Part shown: piece by piece, positions 46,557-55,751 of the stretch | How positions within the stretch are numbered: the stretch's first letter is position 1 | Layout: every line of letters begins with the position of its first letter | From: Candidatus Palauibacter scopulicola | GTDB taxonomy: Bacteria; Gemmatimonadota; Gemmatimonadetes; Palauibacterales; Palauibacteraceae | DNA length: 64,000 nt | Direction: 5' to 3' | Assembly (NCBI RefSeq): GCF_947581915.1 | Contig: NZ_CANPWG010000014.1 | Span: 7,769 to 71,768 of the forward strand | Made by a program: the position numbers and the translations under genes | Notes under the pieces: model-generated | Told to the model about the DNA's origin: nothing | The model's input: the letters and a program-made list of their open reading frames with translations, nothing else | Database searches by the model: none

Positions 46557-47278
46557 GCGGGCCGCACCGGTCGCTCGTGATCGTGGCCGGCGGGCGTTCT
46601 CGCCGACTCGGCCGCGACAAGCCGCTGGTCGAGATCGGCGGCCGTACCGTGCTGTCACGGATCCTGGAAGCCACGTCGCAGTTCAAGGACACCGTCCTGG
46701 CGGTGCGCGAAGTTCCGCCCTTCCGGCGCGCGCTCGCCGGGGAAGGCTGGGAGTCCGTCGCCGAAACCGCGGGCCCGCCCGGCTCGGCCACGTTCCGCAG
46801 CCCGGAGGGCCGCGGTCTCCTTGTTGTGCCCGACCCGGTACCCGACCTGGGTCCCCTCGCCGGCTTCGCCTCGGGGCTGGACGCGGCACGGGGCGCGATC
46901 TGCGTTGTGCTGGCGGGCGACCTCCCCTTCGTCACGCCGGATCTCGTCGACCGCCTGAGCGGCGAACTCGCGAGCGATGCGGAGGCGGACGCCGTCGTGC
47001 CGAACGCGCGCGGCCGGGCTCAGCCCCTGTGCGCCGCCTATCGGCGGGAGGTCGGCCGGCTGGCCGCCCGGCTCGTGGCGCGCGCCGCCGCGTCCGGCGC
47101 CCCGTCCCCCTCGATGATGGGCTTCCTCGAGCGGTTGCGAGTGCGAACCGTCACGGCCGAACAGACCGCCGGCATCGGCGATCTCGAGACGATGGTGCGC
47201 GGCGTGGACAGCCGGGCCGACCTCGAGTGGGCCGTGCGGCGCGCCGCCCGATCCGACCAGGCCGGGACACGACGCTAG
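46553..47278 (+). CDS. mobA: molybdenum cofactor guanylyltransferase MobA
   Basis: LVIVAGGRSRRLGRDKPLVEIGG (MobA nucleotide-binding signature). The GTG start overlaps the arsC stop (GTGA). Confidence 0.75.
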   Translation: MSGPHRSLVIVAGGRSRRLGRDKPLVEIGGRTVLSRILEATSQFKDTVLAVREVPPFRRALAGEGWESVAETAGPPGSATFRSPEGRGLLVVPDPVPDLGPLAGFASGLDAARGAICVVLAGDLPFVTPDLVDRLSGELASDAEADAVVPNARGRAQPLCAAYRREVGRLAARLVARAAASGAPSPSMMGFLERLRVRTVTAEQTAGIGDLETMVRGVDSRADLEWAVRRAARSDQAGTRR

Positions 47279-48486
47279 AACCCGGCCGCCACCTCTCCGA
47301 GGGCGGCGACCGCGTCGTCCAGTTGCCGGTCGCTGAGGTAGGGGGCCGGGCCCAGCCGCAGCAGGTCGTCGCGGTAGTCCGTCGCCACGCCGCGAGCCGC
47401 GAGCGCCTCGTGGAAGTCGCGTGCCCGCGGCGTCCGGAGCGCGAGGAAGCCGCCCACCGCATCGGGCGGCGTCTCCCGGTCGCGGTCCACGAGTGCCGGG
47501 TCCGCGTCGAGCCCGTCGAACCCTCGCGTGAGACGGTCCATCTGGTGCCGGCTCACCGCACGCAGGAACTCCGGCGCGAGTCCCCGCTCCCGGAAGAAGT
47601 CGAACACCTCGGCGGCGCGGTAGTGGCTCGTCGGATCGTACGTGCTGCCCGCGAACCGTTCCGCTCCCGCTCCGTACGGCACCCGCGCGGCGTCCTCCGC
47701 CCCGTGCAGCGCCGAGAACTCGGCGAACCAACCCGTGACGGCGGGGCGCAGCCGGCAGTCCGGAGGTACGCGCAGGAAGCAGTTCCCCTCGCCGAGCTGG
47801 CAGTACTTGTACCCGCCCCCCACCACGAACGCGCCTTCGAGCCCCAGCTTCGAGAGATCGAAGGGGATCGCGTTCAGCGCGTGATAGGCGTCCACGAGCA
47901 GGTGGCACCCCACCTGTTCGCAGCGGTCCGCAACGCGGTCCAGCCCGCCGACGATACGGGCGTCACGGAAGAGGACGGCGGAAACGAGCACGCCCGCCGT
48001 CTCGTCGTCCGTGGCGAGACCGAGTCGCTCGGAGAGCGAGTCGATCGGGTCCACGGGCACGCGGACGATGGCCAGCCCCTCCTCCTCCAGGCGGTCGAGC
48101 TGGCGCCGGATGGAGTGGAACTCCCCCGCCGTCGTCACGATCCGGGGCCGCGCGCGCAGGTCGAGGGCGGAGAGAAAGCGCACCACGAGTTCGTGCGTGT
48201 TGGAGCCCAGCGCGACGTCCCCTTCGTCGGGGCGCCCCGGGCGTCCGAGGAGTTCGGCGTACCCGGCGCGGACCCGGTTCCCGCGGGCGAACGCCTCCTC
48301 CCACTTCCCGTCCACCAGGCGGGCGGCGTCTTCCCATGCCCGGAGCTGTCCCGCGAAGCCGCAGTCGGGCCACGCCTGGTGCGAATGGCCCGTGAGAAGC
48401 AGCCGCTCCGCGACCCGGAAGCGGGAGTAGTACGGGGCGAGCGCGTTCGGCTCCCGGTACAGGTCCTCCGGCGCGAAACGCGTCAC
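47275..48486 (-). CDS. kynU: kynureninase (PLP-dependent)
   Basis: NALAPYYSRF...LTGHSHQAWPD and VGGGYKYCQLGEGNCFLRV (PLP-lysine region) match kynureninase. Its stop shares CTAG with the mobA stop on the opposite strand. Confidence 0.8.
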   Translation of the reverse strand: MTRFAPEDLYREPNALAPYYSRFRVAERLLLTGHSHQAWPDCGFAGQLRAWEDAARLVDGKWEEAFARGNRVRAGYAELLGRPGRPDEGDVALGSNTHELVVRFLSALDLRARPRIVTTAGEFHSIRRQLDRLEEEGLAIVRVPVDPIDSLSERLGLATDDETAGVLVSAVLFRDARIVGGLDRVADRCEQVGCHLLVDAYHALNAIPFDLSKLGLEGAFVVGGGYKYCQLGEGNCFLRVPPDCRLRPAVTGWFAEFSALHGAEDAARVPYGAGAERFAGSTYDPTSHYRAAEVFDFFRERGLAPEFLRAVSRHQMDRLTRGFDGLDADPALVDRDRETPPDAVGGFLALRTPRARDFHEALAARGVATDYRDDLLRLGPAPYLSDRQLDDAVAALGEVAAGF

Positions 48487-48496
48487 GGGAAGCTCG

Positions 48497-49300
48497 TCAC
48501 AGGTCGGTGCGGATCGCCCACAGGTCGGGAAACACGGGGCGGTTCAGCGACTTCCTGAGGTAGGCGGCGCCCCCCGTCTGGCCGGTCCCGGGCCGCGCTC
48601 CGATCGTGCGCTCCACCATCTTCACATGCCGGTAGCGCCATTCCTGGAGGCCCTCGTCGAGATCCACGAACCGCTCGCACAGCTGGACGAGTTGCGGATC
48701 CTCCCGGTACAGCCGGATGAGCGCGTCCCGCACGCCCGCGGACGGCTCGGTCGGTGCCGTGACGTCCCGCTCCAGGTCCTCCGCCGGGATCGCGTACCCG
48801 TGCGCGTGGAGGAACCGGAGGAAGGCGGCCCACAGCGACGGTTCCGCGTAGCGGGCGTCGAGCCGCCGGCGCGCGTCGCTTCCTTCCGGATATCGATCGA
48901 AGACGTTCGTCCGCTTGTGGCCGAGGATGAATTCGAGCTCGCGGAACTGGTACGACTGCAGGCCGCTCGCCTCCTCCAGCCGTTGCCGAAAGGCGAGGAA
49001 CTCCAGCGGTCGCATCGTCTCCAGGATGTCCAGCTGGGCGACCTGCACCTTCAGGATCGTGAGGATGCGCTGCATCGTGTGCAGGAGCCGCGGCATGTCG
49101 TCGGCACCCATCCGGTCGCGCGCGAACTCGAGTTCGTGCAGAAGCTGCTTGAACCACAGCTCGTACACCTGGTGGATGATGATGAACAGCATCTCATCGT
49201 GCTCGGGGCTCCCGCCCTCGCCCGACTGCTCCTCCTGGAGAGACAGCAGCTCGTCGAGGTGCAGGTATCCGGCATAGGTCAGGTATTTTCCGTGCGCCAT
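48497..49300 (-). CDS. kynA: tryptophan 2,3-dioxygenase
   Basis: MAHGKYLTYAGYLHLDELLSLQ...HDEMLFIIIHQVYELWFKQ...WRYRHVKMVERTIG (bacterial TDO signature including the haem-ligand His region). Start ATG 49298-49300 preceded by GGAGGGAG. Confidence 0.85.
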   Translation of the reverse strand: MAHGKYLTYAGYLHLDELLSLQEEQSGEGGSPEHDEMLFIIIHQVYELWFKQLLHELEFARDRMGADDMPRLLHTMQRILTILKVQVAQLDILETMRPLEFLAFRQRLEEASGLQSYQFRELEFILGHKRTNVFDRYPEGSDARRRLDARYAEPSLWAAFLRFLHAHGYAIPAEDLERDVTAPTEPSAGVRDALIRLYREDPQLVQLCERFVDLDEGLQEWRYRHVKMVERTIGARPGTGQTGGAAYLRKSLNRPVFPDLWAIRTDL

Positions 49301-49344
49301 CGATCTCCCTCCGGCGGCCCGCGTGCGGTGCCCGGGACGCGACC

Positions 49345-51666
49345 CTAGTACCCCCACTCGAATCTCGGCGTGTAGCCGTCCAGCGACGAATACTGCGGCG
49401 GCCACGGGATCGGCGCCCCCGAAGCATAGGCGGCGTGCCGGGTCCAGTATGGGTCCCAGAGGTGGGCACGGGCGAGACAGCAGAGGTCCGCGCGGCCCGC
49501 CGCGAGGATCGTGTTCACGTCCATGAACGAGGAGATGTTGCCCACGGCCATGGTCGCGATCCCCACTTCGTGCCGGATGCGATCCGAGAAGGGGGTCTGG
49601 TACTGGCGGCCGTAGACCGGCTCCTGCCAGGGGACGGTCTGTCCCGCCGAGACATCGATGATGTCCACGCCCGCCTCCTTCAGGCGGTGCGCGACCTCGA
49701 CGGCCCCGTCCGCGGTCATCCCGCCCTCCGCCCAGTCCACGGCGGAGATCCGGACCGAGATCGGCTTCTCGGGCGGCCACGCGGATCGCACCGCCGCGAG
49801 GACCTCGAGCGGGAAACGAAGCCGCCCGTCCACGTCTCCTCCGTACTCGTCCTCACGGAGGTTCGTGAGAGGGGAGATGAAGCTGGCCAGCAGGTAGCCG
49901 TGCGCGAAGTGGATCTCCAGCAGGTCGAACCCGGCCTCCTCCGACATTTTCGCTGCGCGGCGGAACTCGGCGGTCACCCGATCCATGTCCCGCCGCGTCA
50001 TCTCGCGCGGCACCGGGCTGTGTTCGAACCAGGGCACGGGGGAGGCGGCCATGATCGGCCAGCCGCCCTCATCGAGAGGTTCGTTGTCGCCCTCCCAGGA
50101 CAGGTGGGTGGACGCCTTCCGGCCCGCGTGGCCGAGCTGCAGCCCGATCGCCGCGTCCGAATGGCGGTGCACGAAGTCGACAATCCGCTTCCAGGCGCCC
50201 ACATGCACGGGAGCGTACATTCCCGTGCAGCCCAACGAGATGCGGCCCTCCCGGCTCACGTCCGTCATCTCCGACATCACGAGTCCGGCTCCCCCGATCG
50301 CCCGGCTGCCCAGATTCACGAGGTGCCAGTCGTCCGGCGTCCCGCCCTCCGCGGAGTACTGGCACATGGCCGAGACGACGACCCGGTTCTTCAGTTCAAG
50401 CTCCCGGAGCCGGAATGGGGCGAGGAGGGGGGGAGGGGCCGGGCCGCGCCCGACGCCCGCGGGGGGAGCGCCTGCGGTCGCCGCCGCTGTGTCGGCCGCC
50501 ACTGCGTCCGCCGCCGCCCGCTCCGCGAACCAGCGGTCGACGCGCGCGGTGAACTCCGGGTCGCGCAGGGCGAGGTTGGAGTGGGTGATGCGGAGGCTGC
50601 GCGTGATGAGGTTGAAGGCGAACTGCAGGGGTTCCGTCTCCAGGAAACGCTCGGTGCCCTCGAACCATTCGAGACTCGCCTGCGCCGCCCTCTGCGCGCT
50701 CTCGACCTCCGGCCGGCGGGCCGTCTCGTAGGCCTCCAGCGCGGGCGCCACATCGAGATCGTGGGCGAGCAGCGACTCGTGAAGGGAAATCGCGTCGATC
50801 ATCGCCAGCCGGGTGCCGGACCCGATGGAGAAGTGGGCCGAGTGCGCGGCGTCGCCGACGAGCACGATGTGGCCGTGGCGCCACGATCGGTTCCGGACGG
50901 TCGGGAAGCCCCGCCAGATCGAGCGGTTCGCGACGAGGCGATGGGAATCGAGTTCCTCACGAAACGTGTCCTCGAGGAAAGCGACGGTCTCCTCCTCGGA
51001 GGCGGCGTCCATCCCGGCGGCGCGCCACGTCGCCTCGGTCGCCTCGACGATGAAGGTGGAGACGGGATCGCCGCCGACGCTGTCGGGCCTGTACTGATAC
51101 GCGTGTACGCGCCACAGGCCGTGTTCGGTCTCCCGGAAATGGAAGGTGAAGGCGGGGAAGGGCTTCGTCGTGCCGAGCCACACGAACCGGTTCGGACGGA
51201 GATCGACGAGGGGGCCGAAGGCGGCGGCGTATCGGTCCCGCATGCGGCTGTTCACTCCATCGGCGGCGAGCACGAGATCGGCGCCGGCGTACGCTTCCTC
51301 CGACTCGACTTCCACGCCGCACTGAAGATCGACGCCGAGTTCGCGCGCCCGCGACTCCAGGATCTCGAGGAGGGCGGTGCGGGCGAGGCCGCTGAACCCG
51401 TGTCCGGTCGACGTGAGCCGGTGGCCCAGGTAGTGGATGTCGATGTCGTCCCAGTGGTGGAAGGACCGCACGATCGCCTCGTAACTGTCGCGGTCCGCGG
51501 CGGCGAGTTCCTCCAGCGTGGCGTCGGAGAACACGACGCCGAAGCCGTAGGTGTCGCCGGGGCGGTTGCGTTCGAGGACGATGACATCGTGCGCCGGATC
51601 CGCGCGCTTCATCAGGATCGCGAAGTACAGGCCGGCCGGCCCGCCTCCGACGCAGACGATCCTCAG
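49345..51666 (-). CDS. two-domain flavoenzyme: N-terminal FAD-dependent aromatic monooxygenase fused to C-terminal Old-Yellow-Enzyme-like FMN reductase. It resembles 2-aminobenzoyl-CoA monooxygenase/reductase (ACMR), the family databases often label bifunctional salicylyl-CoA 5-hydroxylase/oxidoreductase.
   Basis: N-domain: [27 protein letters not shown]-domain: MCQYSAEGG...[25 protein letters not shown] (OYE). About 773 aa. The first 278 codons of the track ORF 49345..52497 overlap the ACAD gene out of frame and are rejected. Confidence 0.8.
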   Translation of the reverse strand: MRIVCVGGGPAGLYFAILMKRADPAHDVIVLERNRPGDTYGFGVVFSDATLEELAAADRDSYEAIVRSFHHWDDIDIHYLGHRLTSTGHGFSGLARTALLEILESRARELGVDLQCGVEVESEEAYAGADLVLAADGVNSRMRDRYAAAFGPLVDLRPNRFVWLGTTKPFPAFTFHFRETEHGLWRVHAYQYRPDSVGGDPVSTFIVEATEATWRAAGMDAASEEETVAFLEDTFREELDSHRLVANRSIWRGFPTVRNRSWRHGHIVLVGDAAHSAHFSIGSGTRLAMIDAISLHESLLAHDLDVAPALEAYETARRPEVESAQRAAQASLEWFEGTERFLETEPLQFAFNLITRSLRITHSNLALRDPEFTARVDRWFAERAAADAVAADTAAATAGAPPAGVGRGPAPPPLLAPFRLRELELKNRVVVSAMCQYSAEGGTPDDWHLVNLGSRAIGGAGLVMSEMTDVSREGRISLGCTGMYAPVHVGAWKRIVDFVHRHSDAAIGLQLGHAGRKASTHLSWEGDNEPLDEGGWPIMAASPVPWFEHSPVPREMTRRDMDRVTAEFRRAAKMSEEAGFDLLEIHFAHGYLLASFISPLTNLREDEYGGDVDGRLRFPLEVLAAVRSAWPPEKPISVRISAVDWAEGGMTADGAVEVAHRLKEAGVDIIDVSAGQTVPWQEPVYGRQYQTPFSDRIRHEVGIATMAVGNISSFMDVNTILAAGRADLCCLARAHLWDPYWTRHAAYASGAPIPWPPQYSSLDGYTPRFEWGY

Positions 51667-52823
51667 AGGTCGCTCTCGCCGCGCGCGGCGTCGAGCAGAT
51701 GACGCGCGATGATGAGACGCTGGATCTCGGTGGCGCCCTCGTAGATGCGGAGCGCTCTCACGGAGCGGTAGAGCCGGTCGACCGGGTGGTCCGCCAGTAC
51801 GCCGCGTCCGCCGAGGATCTGCACGGCGTCGTCCACCACGCCCTGCGCGATCTCGGTCGCGAAGGACTTTGCCATGGCGGCTTCGAGGTCGGTGCGGTCC
51901 GCGCCGCCGTCGCGCTCCCAGGCCGCTCGATACACGAGGAGCCGGGCGGCGGTCAGGTCGGTGCCCATCCGTCCCACCTTCTCCTGCGTGATCTGGAAAT
52001 CGGCGAGCGCCCGTCCGAACTGCCGGCGCGAGAGGGCGTGGTGGAGCGCTTCGTGCAGCGCGCGGCCCGCCATTCCGCAGGCCGCGGCGCCGACGGTGGG
52101 GCGCAGGCGATCGAGCGTGGCGAGCCCGAGCTTGTACCCTTCGCCCTCGCCTCCGACGCGGGCCGCGGCCGGAAGCCGGCAGTCTTCGAGCGCGATCTCG
52201 CCCAGCGGGTGGGGGTCGGCCATCACGAGCGGCCGCACGAAGCGGAATCCCTTCGTGTCGGCGGGGAGGAGGAAGGCGGAGATCCCGGCAACCCCCTCGG
52301 CCGGGTCGGTGACCGCGAACAGGAGATAGAAGTCCGCGATCCCCGCGTTCGAGATGAAGGTCTTCACGCCGTTGAGGACGTAGTCGTTCCCGTCGCGGAC
52401 GGCGGTCGAGCGCATGGCGGCCACGTCGGACCCCGCCTCCGGCTCGCTCATCGCGAAGGCCGCCACGGCTCGCCCGCGGATGGCGCGGTCGAGCCACAGG
52501 CGGCGCTGCCTCTCGTCGCCGGCCAGCGCGATGGGGGTCGAGCCCAGCGCCTGGAGGGCGAACATCGCGTCCGCGAGCGGTGAGTAGAAAGCCAGCGTCT
52601 CCCGCGTCACGGAACAGGCCCGGAAGTCCTGTCGGCCGATCGCCTTCAGCCAGCCGCCTCGCCCCAGGGATGCGCAGATCTCCCGCGCGTAGCGGCGGGC
52701 GAGATCATCATCGTCCCGATGCGCGTGTTCCGCGAACTCCGACGCCGCGTAGCGCCCGAGCCCCTCCCCGAGTTCGAGGTGCCGCGGTTCGAGAAAGGCG
52801 CGGACGGGATGGAGGTCGATCAC
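51663..52823 (-). CDS. acyl-CoA dehydrogenase
   Basis: The ACAD fold is conserved throughout (…[20 protein letters not shown]…, C-terminal …[14 protein letters not shown]…). GTG start at 52821-52823 overlaps the enoyl-CoA hydratase stop (GTGA), giving 386 aa. Confidence 0.85.
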   Translation of the reverse strand: MIDLHPVRAFLEPRHLELGEGLGRYAASEFAEHAHRDDDDLARRYAREICASLGRGGWLKAIGRQDFRACSVTRETLAFYSPLADAMFALQALGSTPIALAGDERQRRLWLDRAIRGRAVAAFAMSEPEAGSDVAAMRSTAVRDGNDYVLNGVKTFISNAGIADFYLLFAVTDPAEGVAGISAFLLPADTKGFRFVRPLVMADPHPLGEIALEDCRLPAAARVGGEGEGYKLGLATLDRLRPTVGAAACGMAGRALHEALHHALSRRQFGRALADFQITQEKVGRMGTDLTAARLLVYRAAWERDGGADRTDLEAAMAKSFATEIAQGVVDDAVQILGGRGVLADHPVDRLYRSVRALRIYEGATEIQRLIIARHLLDAARGESDL

Positions 52824-53620
52824 GAGAACACCGCGGCCCGCTTCTCGACGAAGGCGCGGAAGCCCTCGCGGAAGTTCGGGTCCTCCATGCAGGCGGCCTG
52901 CAGGCGGGCCTCTTCGGCGAGCGCGTCGACCAACGTCATGTGTGCCTCCCTCTCCAGAGCGCGCTTGGTGACGGACAGCGCGGAGGTGGGTCCCGCCGCC
53001 AGCCGCGCCGCCCACTCCGTCCCCGCGGCGAGCGCCTCGCCATCGGGGACGACCCGATTGTACAGTCCGATACGGAGCGCCTCCCGTGCGTCGAGGAAAT
53101 CGCCCGTCATCAGAAGCTCCGTCGCACGCCCGAGACCGATGATTCGCGGCAGGAGCCAAGCGATCCCCATGTCGGCGCCGGAGAGCCCGACCCGCGTGAA
53201 CAGGTAGGCGATCTTCGCGGATTCGGTCGCGATCCGCACGTCGCAGGCGGTCGCGATCACGGCCCCGGCCCCCGCCACCGTGCCGTTCAGGGCGCCGACG
53301 ATGGGCCTCTCGCACTCCTTCATGGCGACGATCAGGTCACACGTCATCCGCGTGAATTCGAGCAATTCCGGGGCGTCCATCTCGAGGAGCGGCCCGATGA
53401 TGTCGCGCACATCCCCGCCCGTGCAGAAGGCGGCCCCGGCCCCCGTGATCACGACCGCACGGATCCCCGGTTCGCGGTCGAGCGCGCGGAAGGTGTTTCG
53501 GAGTTCGTCGTAGACCTCGAAGGTCAGCGCATTGCGCCGTTCCGGACGGTTCAGCGTGATCGTCGCGACGGATGTCGCCGCGTCGACCTCGTACAGGAAT
53601 GAACTCGGATTCAGAGGCAC
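52820..53620 (-). CDS. enoyl-CoA hydratase/isomerase-family protein
   Basis: ITLNRPERRNAL...AFCTGGDV...GAGAVIATACDVRIA (crotonase fold). GTG start 53618-53620 preceded by GGAAGGAAG. Confidence 0.8.
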   Translation of the reverse strand: MPLNPSSFLYEVDAATSVATITLNRPERRNALTFEVYDELRNTFRALDREPGIRAVVITGAGAAFCTGGDVRDIIGPLLEMDAPELLEFTRMTCDLIVAMKECERPIVGALNGTVAGAGAVIATACDVRIATESAKIAYLFTRVGLSGADMGIAWLLPRIIGLGRATELLMTGDFLDAREALRIGLYNRVVPDGEALAAGTEWAARLAAGPTSALSVTKRALEREAHMTLVDALAEEARLQAACMEDPNFREGFRAFVEKRAAVFS

Positions 53621-53651
53621 GGCGCGCTTCCTTCCCGGCGGTGGTGCGGGG

Positions 53652-54059
53652 TCACGGCAGGACGGCGGTCGCTTCGATCTCGACCTGCGCGCCGGCATCG
53701 ACGAGCCCGCTGACCTCGACGAGCGCCATGGCGGGATAGTGCCGGCCCAACCGGGCGCGCCACGCGGTCCCAAGCTCCGAACGGGCGTCCCGGTAGGCGG
53801 CGAGATCCGTCACGTAGATGGTCATCCGTCCGATGTGCGAGGGCTCTCCGCCCGCCGCCCGCACCACCGCCAGCACGCGGTCGAGCGCGAGCGCGAACTG
53901 CGCGGCGAAGTCCGAAGTCTCGACGTGTCCGTCCGATCCGGTCGCGGTCTGCCCGGCCACGAACAGTACGCGCCCGCCGGAGGGGGCGAGGAGGCCGTGA
54001 TTCCAGCCCCGCGGCTCGCCCAGCGCGGCCGGGTTCAGAACCTCGAACACATCGGTCAC
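53652..54059 (-). CDS. RidA (YjgF/TdcF/L-PSP) family enamine/imine deaminase
   Basis: 135 aa with the family pattern ...RVLFVAGQTA...GRMTIYVTDLAAY...PAMALVEVSGLVDAGAQVEIEA. GTG start overlaps the upstream SDR stop (GTGA). Confidence 0.75.
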   Translation of the reverse strand: MTDVFEVLNPAALGEPRGWNHGLLAPSGGRVLFVAGQTATGSDGHVETSDFAAQFALALDRVLAVVRAAGGEPSHIGRMTIYVTDLAAYRDARSELGTAWRARLGRHYPAMALVEVSGLVDAGAQVEIEATAVLP

Positions 54060-54838
54060 GGGAGAGCCGCCGTGGCGCCGCCGTCCAGCACGACGGTCTG
54101 ACCGTTGATGCTCCGCGCTTCGTCTTCGCACAGGAACGCAATCGATGCCGCGACCTCCCCGGGGGCGATGAGTCGCCGCTGCGGCGTCGTCGCAAGGATC
54201 GCCTCGACGGCGTCCGTCTCCGCCATCTCCGTTCGCTTCACGATGTTCTCGATCGTGGCGTCCGTCATCGGCGTGTCGACGTAGCCGGGACAGACCGCGT
54301 TCACCGTGACCCCGGCTCCCGCTACCTCGGCCGCGGCGGAGCGCGTGAGTCCGAGCAGGGCGTGTTTCGATGCGGCGTAGGCGGCGATGTAGCGCGCCCC
54401 GCGCAGCGCGGCGACGGAGGCCACGTTCACGATCCGGCCCCAGCCGCGTTCCAGCATGCCGGGCAGCACGCCCTGCATTGCGAGAAGCGCGCCGGTCGCG
54501 TTGATGCGCCACAGCCGCTCCCACTCCTCCGGGGCGAGCTTCACGACGGCCGCGGAACTGGCCACGCCGGCATTGTTCACGAGGATGTCCACGGCGCCGA
54601 GCCGCTGCTCGGCCTCGCGGCACAGGTCCTCCACGTTCGCCGGATCCGACACGTCGCACGTCATCGCCCACGCCTCGCCTCCACCGTCCCGCAGCTCGGC
54701 CGCGACAGCCTCGATCTCCGGCGTGCTCCGCGCCGCCAGCACCAGCCGGACGCCTCGATCCGCCAGCGTCCGTGCCGTCGCGGCCCCGATGCCGCGCCCC
54801 CCGCCCGTGACAAGCGCGCCACGTCCGGCAAGACTCAC
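54056..54838 (-). CDS. SDR-family 3-hydroxyacyl-CoA dehydrogenase / 3-oxoacyl reductase-like protein
   Basis: ALVTGGGRGIGAA, NNAG, catalytic S...YAASKHAL. The start overlaps the creatininase-family gene stop (ATGA). Confidence 0.8.
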   Translation of the reverse strand: MSLAGRGALVTGGGRGIGAATARTLADRGVRLVLAARSTPEIEAVAAELRDGGGEAWAMTCDVSDPANVEDLCREAEQRLGAVDILVNNAGVASSAAVVKLAPEEWERLWRINATGALLAMQGVLPGMLERGWGRIVNVASVAALRGARYIAAYAASKHALLGLTRSAAAEVAGAGVTVNAVCPGYVDTPMTDATIENIVKRTEMAETDAVEAILATTPQRRLIAPGEVAASIAFLCEDEARSINGQTVVLDGGATAALP

Positions 54839-55623
54839 TTCTTTTCCTCTCCCAGGGCTTCCCTCACTTCCTCTCCCAGGGCTTCCCTCACTGCCTCGGC
54901 GAGGATCTCGCCGAGCGTCTCAATGGTAGCACGTCCCTCTTCCGCCGTCGCCTGTGACGGATAGCCGAAATACGCCCGCGTCCCCCCCGCCTCCGCGAAA
55001 TCTCCCAGCCCGGCCCGGATCGCGGCGGAGAGGGAGACGGGATTGTCGTCCAGTCCGCGCATGATCTCCTCGCGCACGCGGCCGGGATCGCGGGCGAGGA
55101 GGATCGAGCCCTCGTACCGCCCGGCGTGGCAGGCCCCGCTCCGGAACTCCTCGGTGAGCCGGCTCCCCCACGGCCGGCGCGTCAGATCGGGAAACACGAC
55201 GCGAATGGAATCCCCCCCGCCGACCGCCGCCGCCGCGGCGTGAAGCGCCTCGAGGTTGGCGGGGTCGAAGTGGGCGTTCGCGATCGCCAGGGTGGCGATC
55301 CCGGCCCGGCGCAGGCTGGCGGCGATGTCGACGAGGAGGGCGGTGAACGTCGCGGCCCCGATATCGATCGTGCCGGGAAACCTCGCGGAGAACGCGGCGG
55401 GCGTGTACGGGAGGCCGTCGAGGAGCACGATCTCCAGACCCGCGGCCGAGAGTCGCCGCGCGCCGGCTTCCGCCATCGCTTCCGCGATGGTGACGTCGGT
55501 GTCGAGCGGCAGGTGGGGGCCGTGCGCTTCGGTCGCTCCCACGGGCAGGATCGCCACCGTTCGATCGAGGTCGAGGGCCCCGACTTCCTCCCAGGTGAGG
55601 TCCGAAAGCCTGTTCACAGTCAT
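54835..55623 (-). CDS. creatininase-family metal-dependent amidohydrolase (creatininase / MftE / ArfB-formamidase family)
   Basis: ILPVGATEAHGPHLPLDTD (binuclear-metal His/Asp ligands of the family) and ...AIANAHFDP.... First gene of the minus-strand catabolic operon. The C-terminus carries a tandem EVREALGE duplication. Confidence 0.7.
   Translation of the reverse strand: MTVNRLSDLTWEEVGALDLDRTVAILPVGATEAHGPHLPLDTDVTIAEAMAEAGARRLSAAGLEIVLLDGLPYTPAAFSARFPGTIDIGAATFTALLVDIAASLRRAGIATLAIANAHFDPANLEALHAAAAAVGGGDSIRVVFPDLTRRPWGSRLTEEFRSGACHAGRYEGSILLARDPGRVREEIMRGLDDNPVSLSAAIRAGLGDFAEAGGTRAYFGYPSQATAEEGRATIETLGEILAEAVREALGEEVREALGEEKK
54846..54893. repeat. 24-bp perfect tandem duplication (TCCTCTCCCAGGGCTTCCCTCACT x2) inside the 3' end of the creatininase-family gene, duplicating the octapeptide EVREALGE
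   Basis: Read directly. Confidence 0.8.
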
Positions 55624-55751
55624 GGAGTCTCGCTACGCCGTGCCGGGGAGGGGCGCAAGTCCGGGCGGCTCGTGTCGGTTGTAGACCCGCCGGGCCGCGC
55701 ATACCGTGCGAACCTCAGCCAGGACCGGACGACCCCCGCCGACGGAGCCCG

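Noticed and set aside
49435-51702. 755-aa + ORF
   Set aside because: Antisense to the ACMR-like gene.
49345-52497. Full-length 1050-aa version of the monooxygenase::OYE ORF
   Set aside because: The first 278 codons overlap the acyl-CoA dehydrogenase gene out of frame and are Arg-rich junk. The true protein begins at the CTGA junction (51666).
51663-53315. 550-aa version of the acyl-CoA dehydrogenase and 317-aa version of the enoyl-CoA hydratase (52820..53773)
   Set aside because: The N-terminal extensions overlap the upstream genes out of frame and are Arg-rich. GTG starts at GTGA junctions, or with a good RBS, give family-typical lengths.
55640-55660. GCAAGTCCGGGC resembling the RNase P RNA conserved AAGUCCGGGC box
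   Set aside because: The intergenic space is only 128 bp, too short for RNase P RNA, and the flanking conserved elements are absent. Coincidental match.
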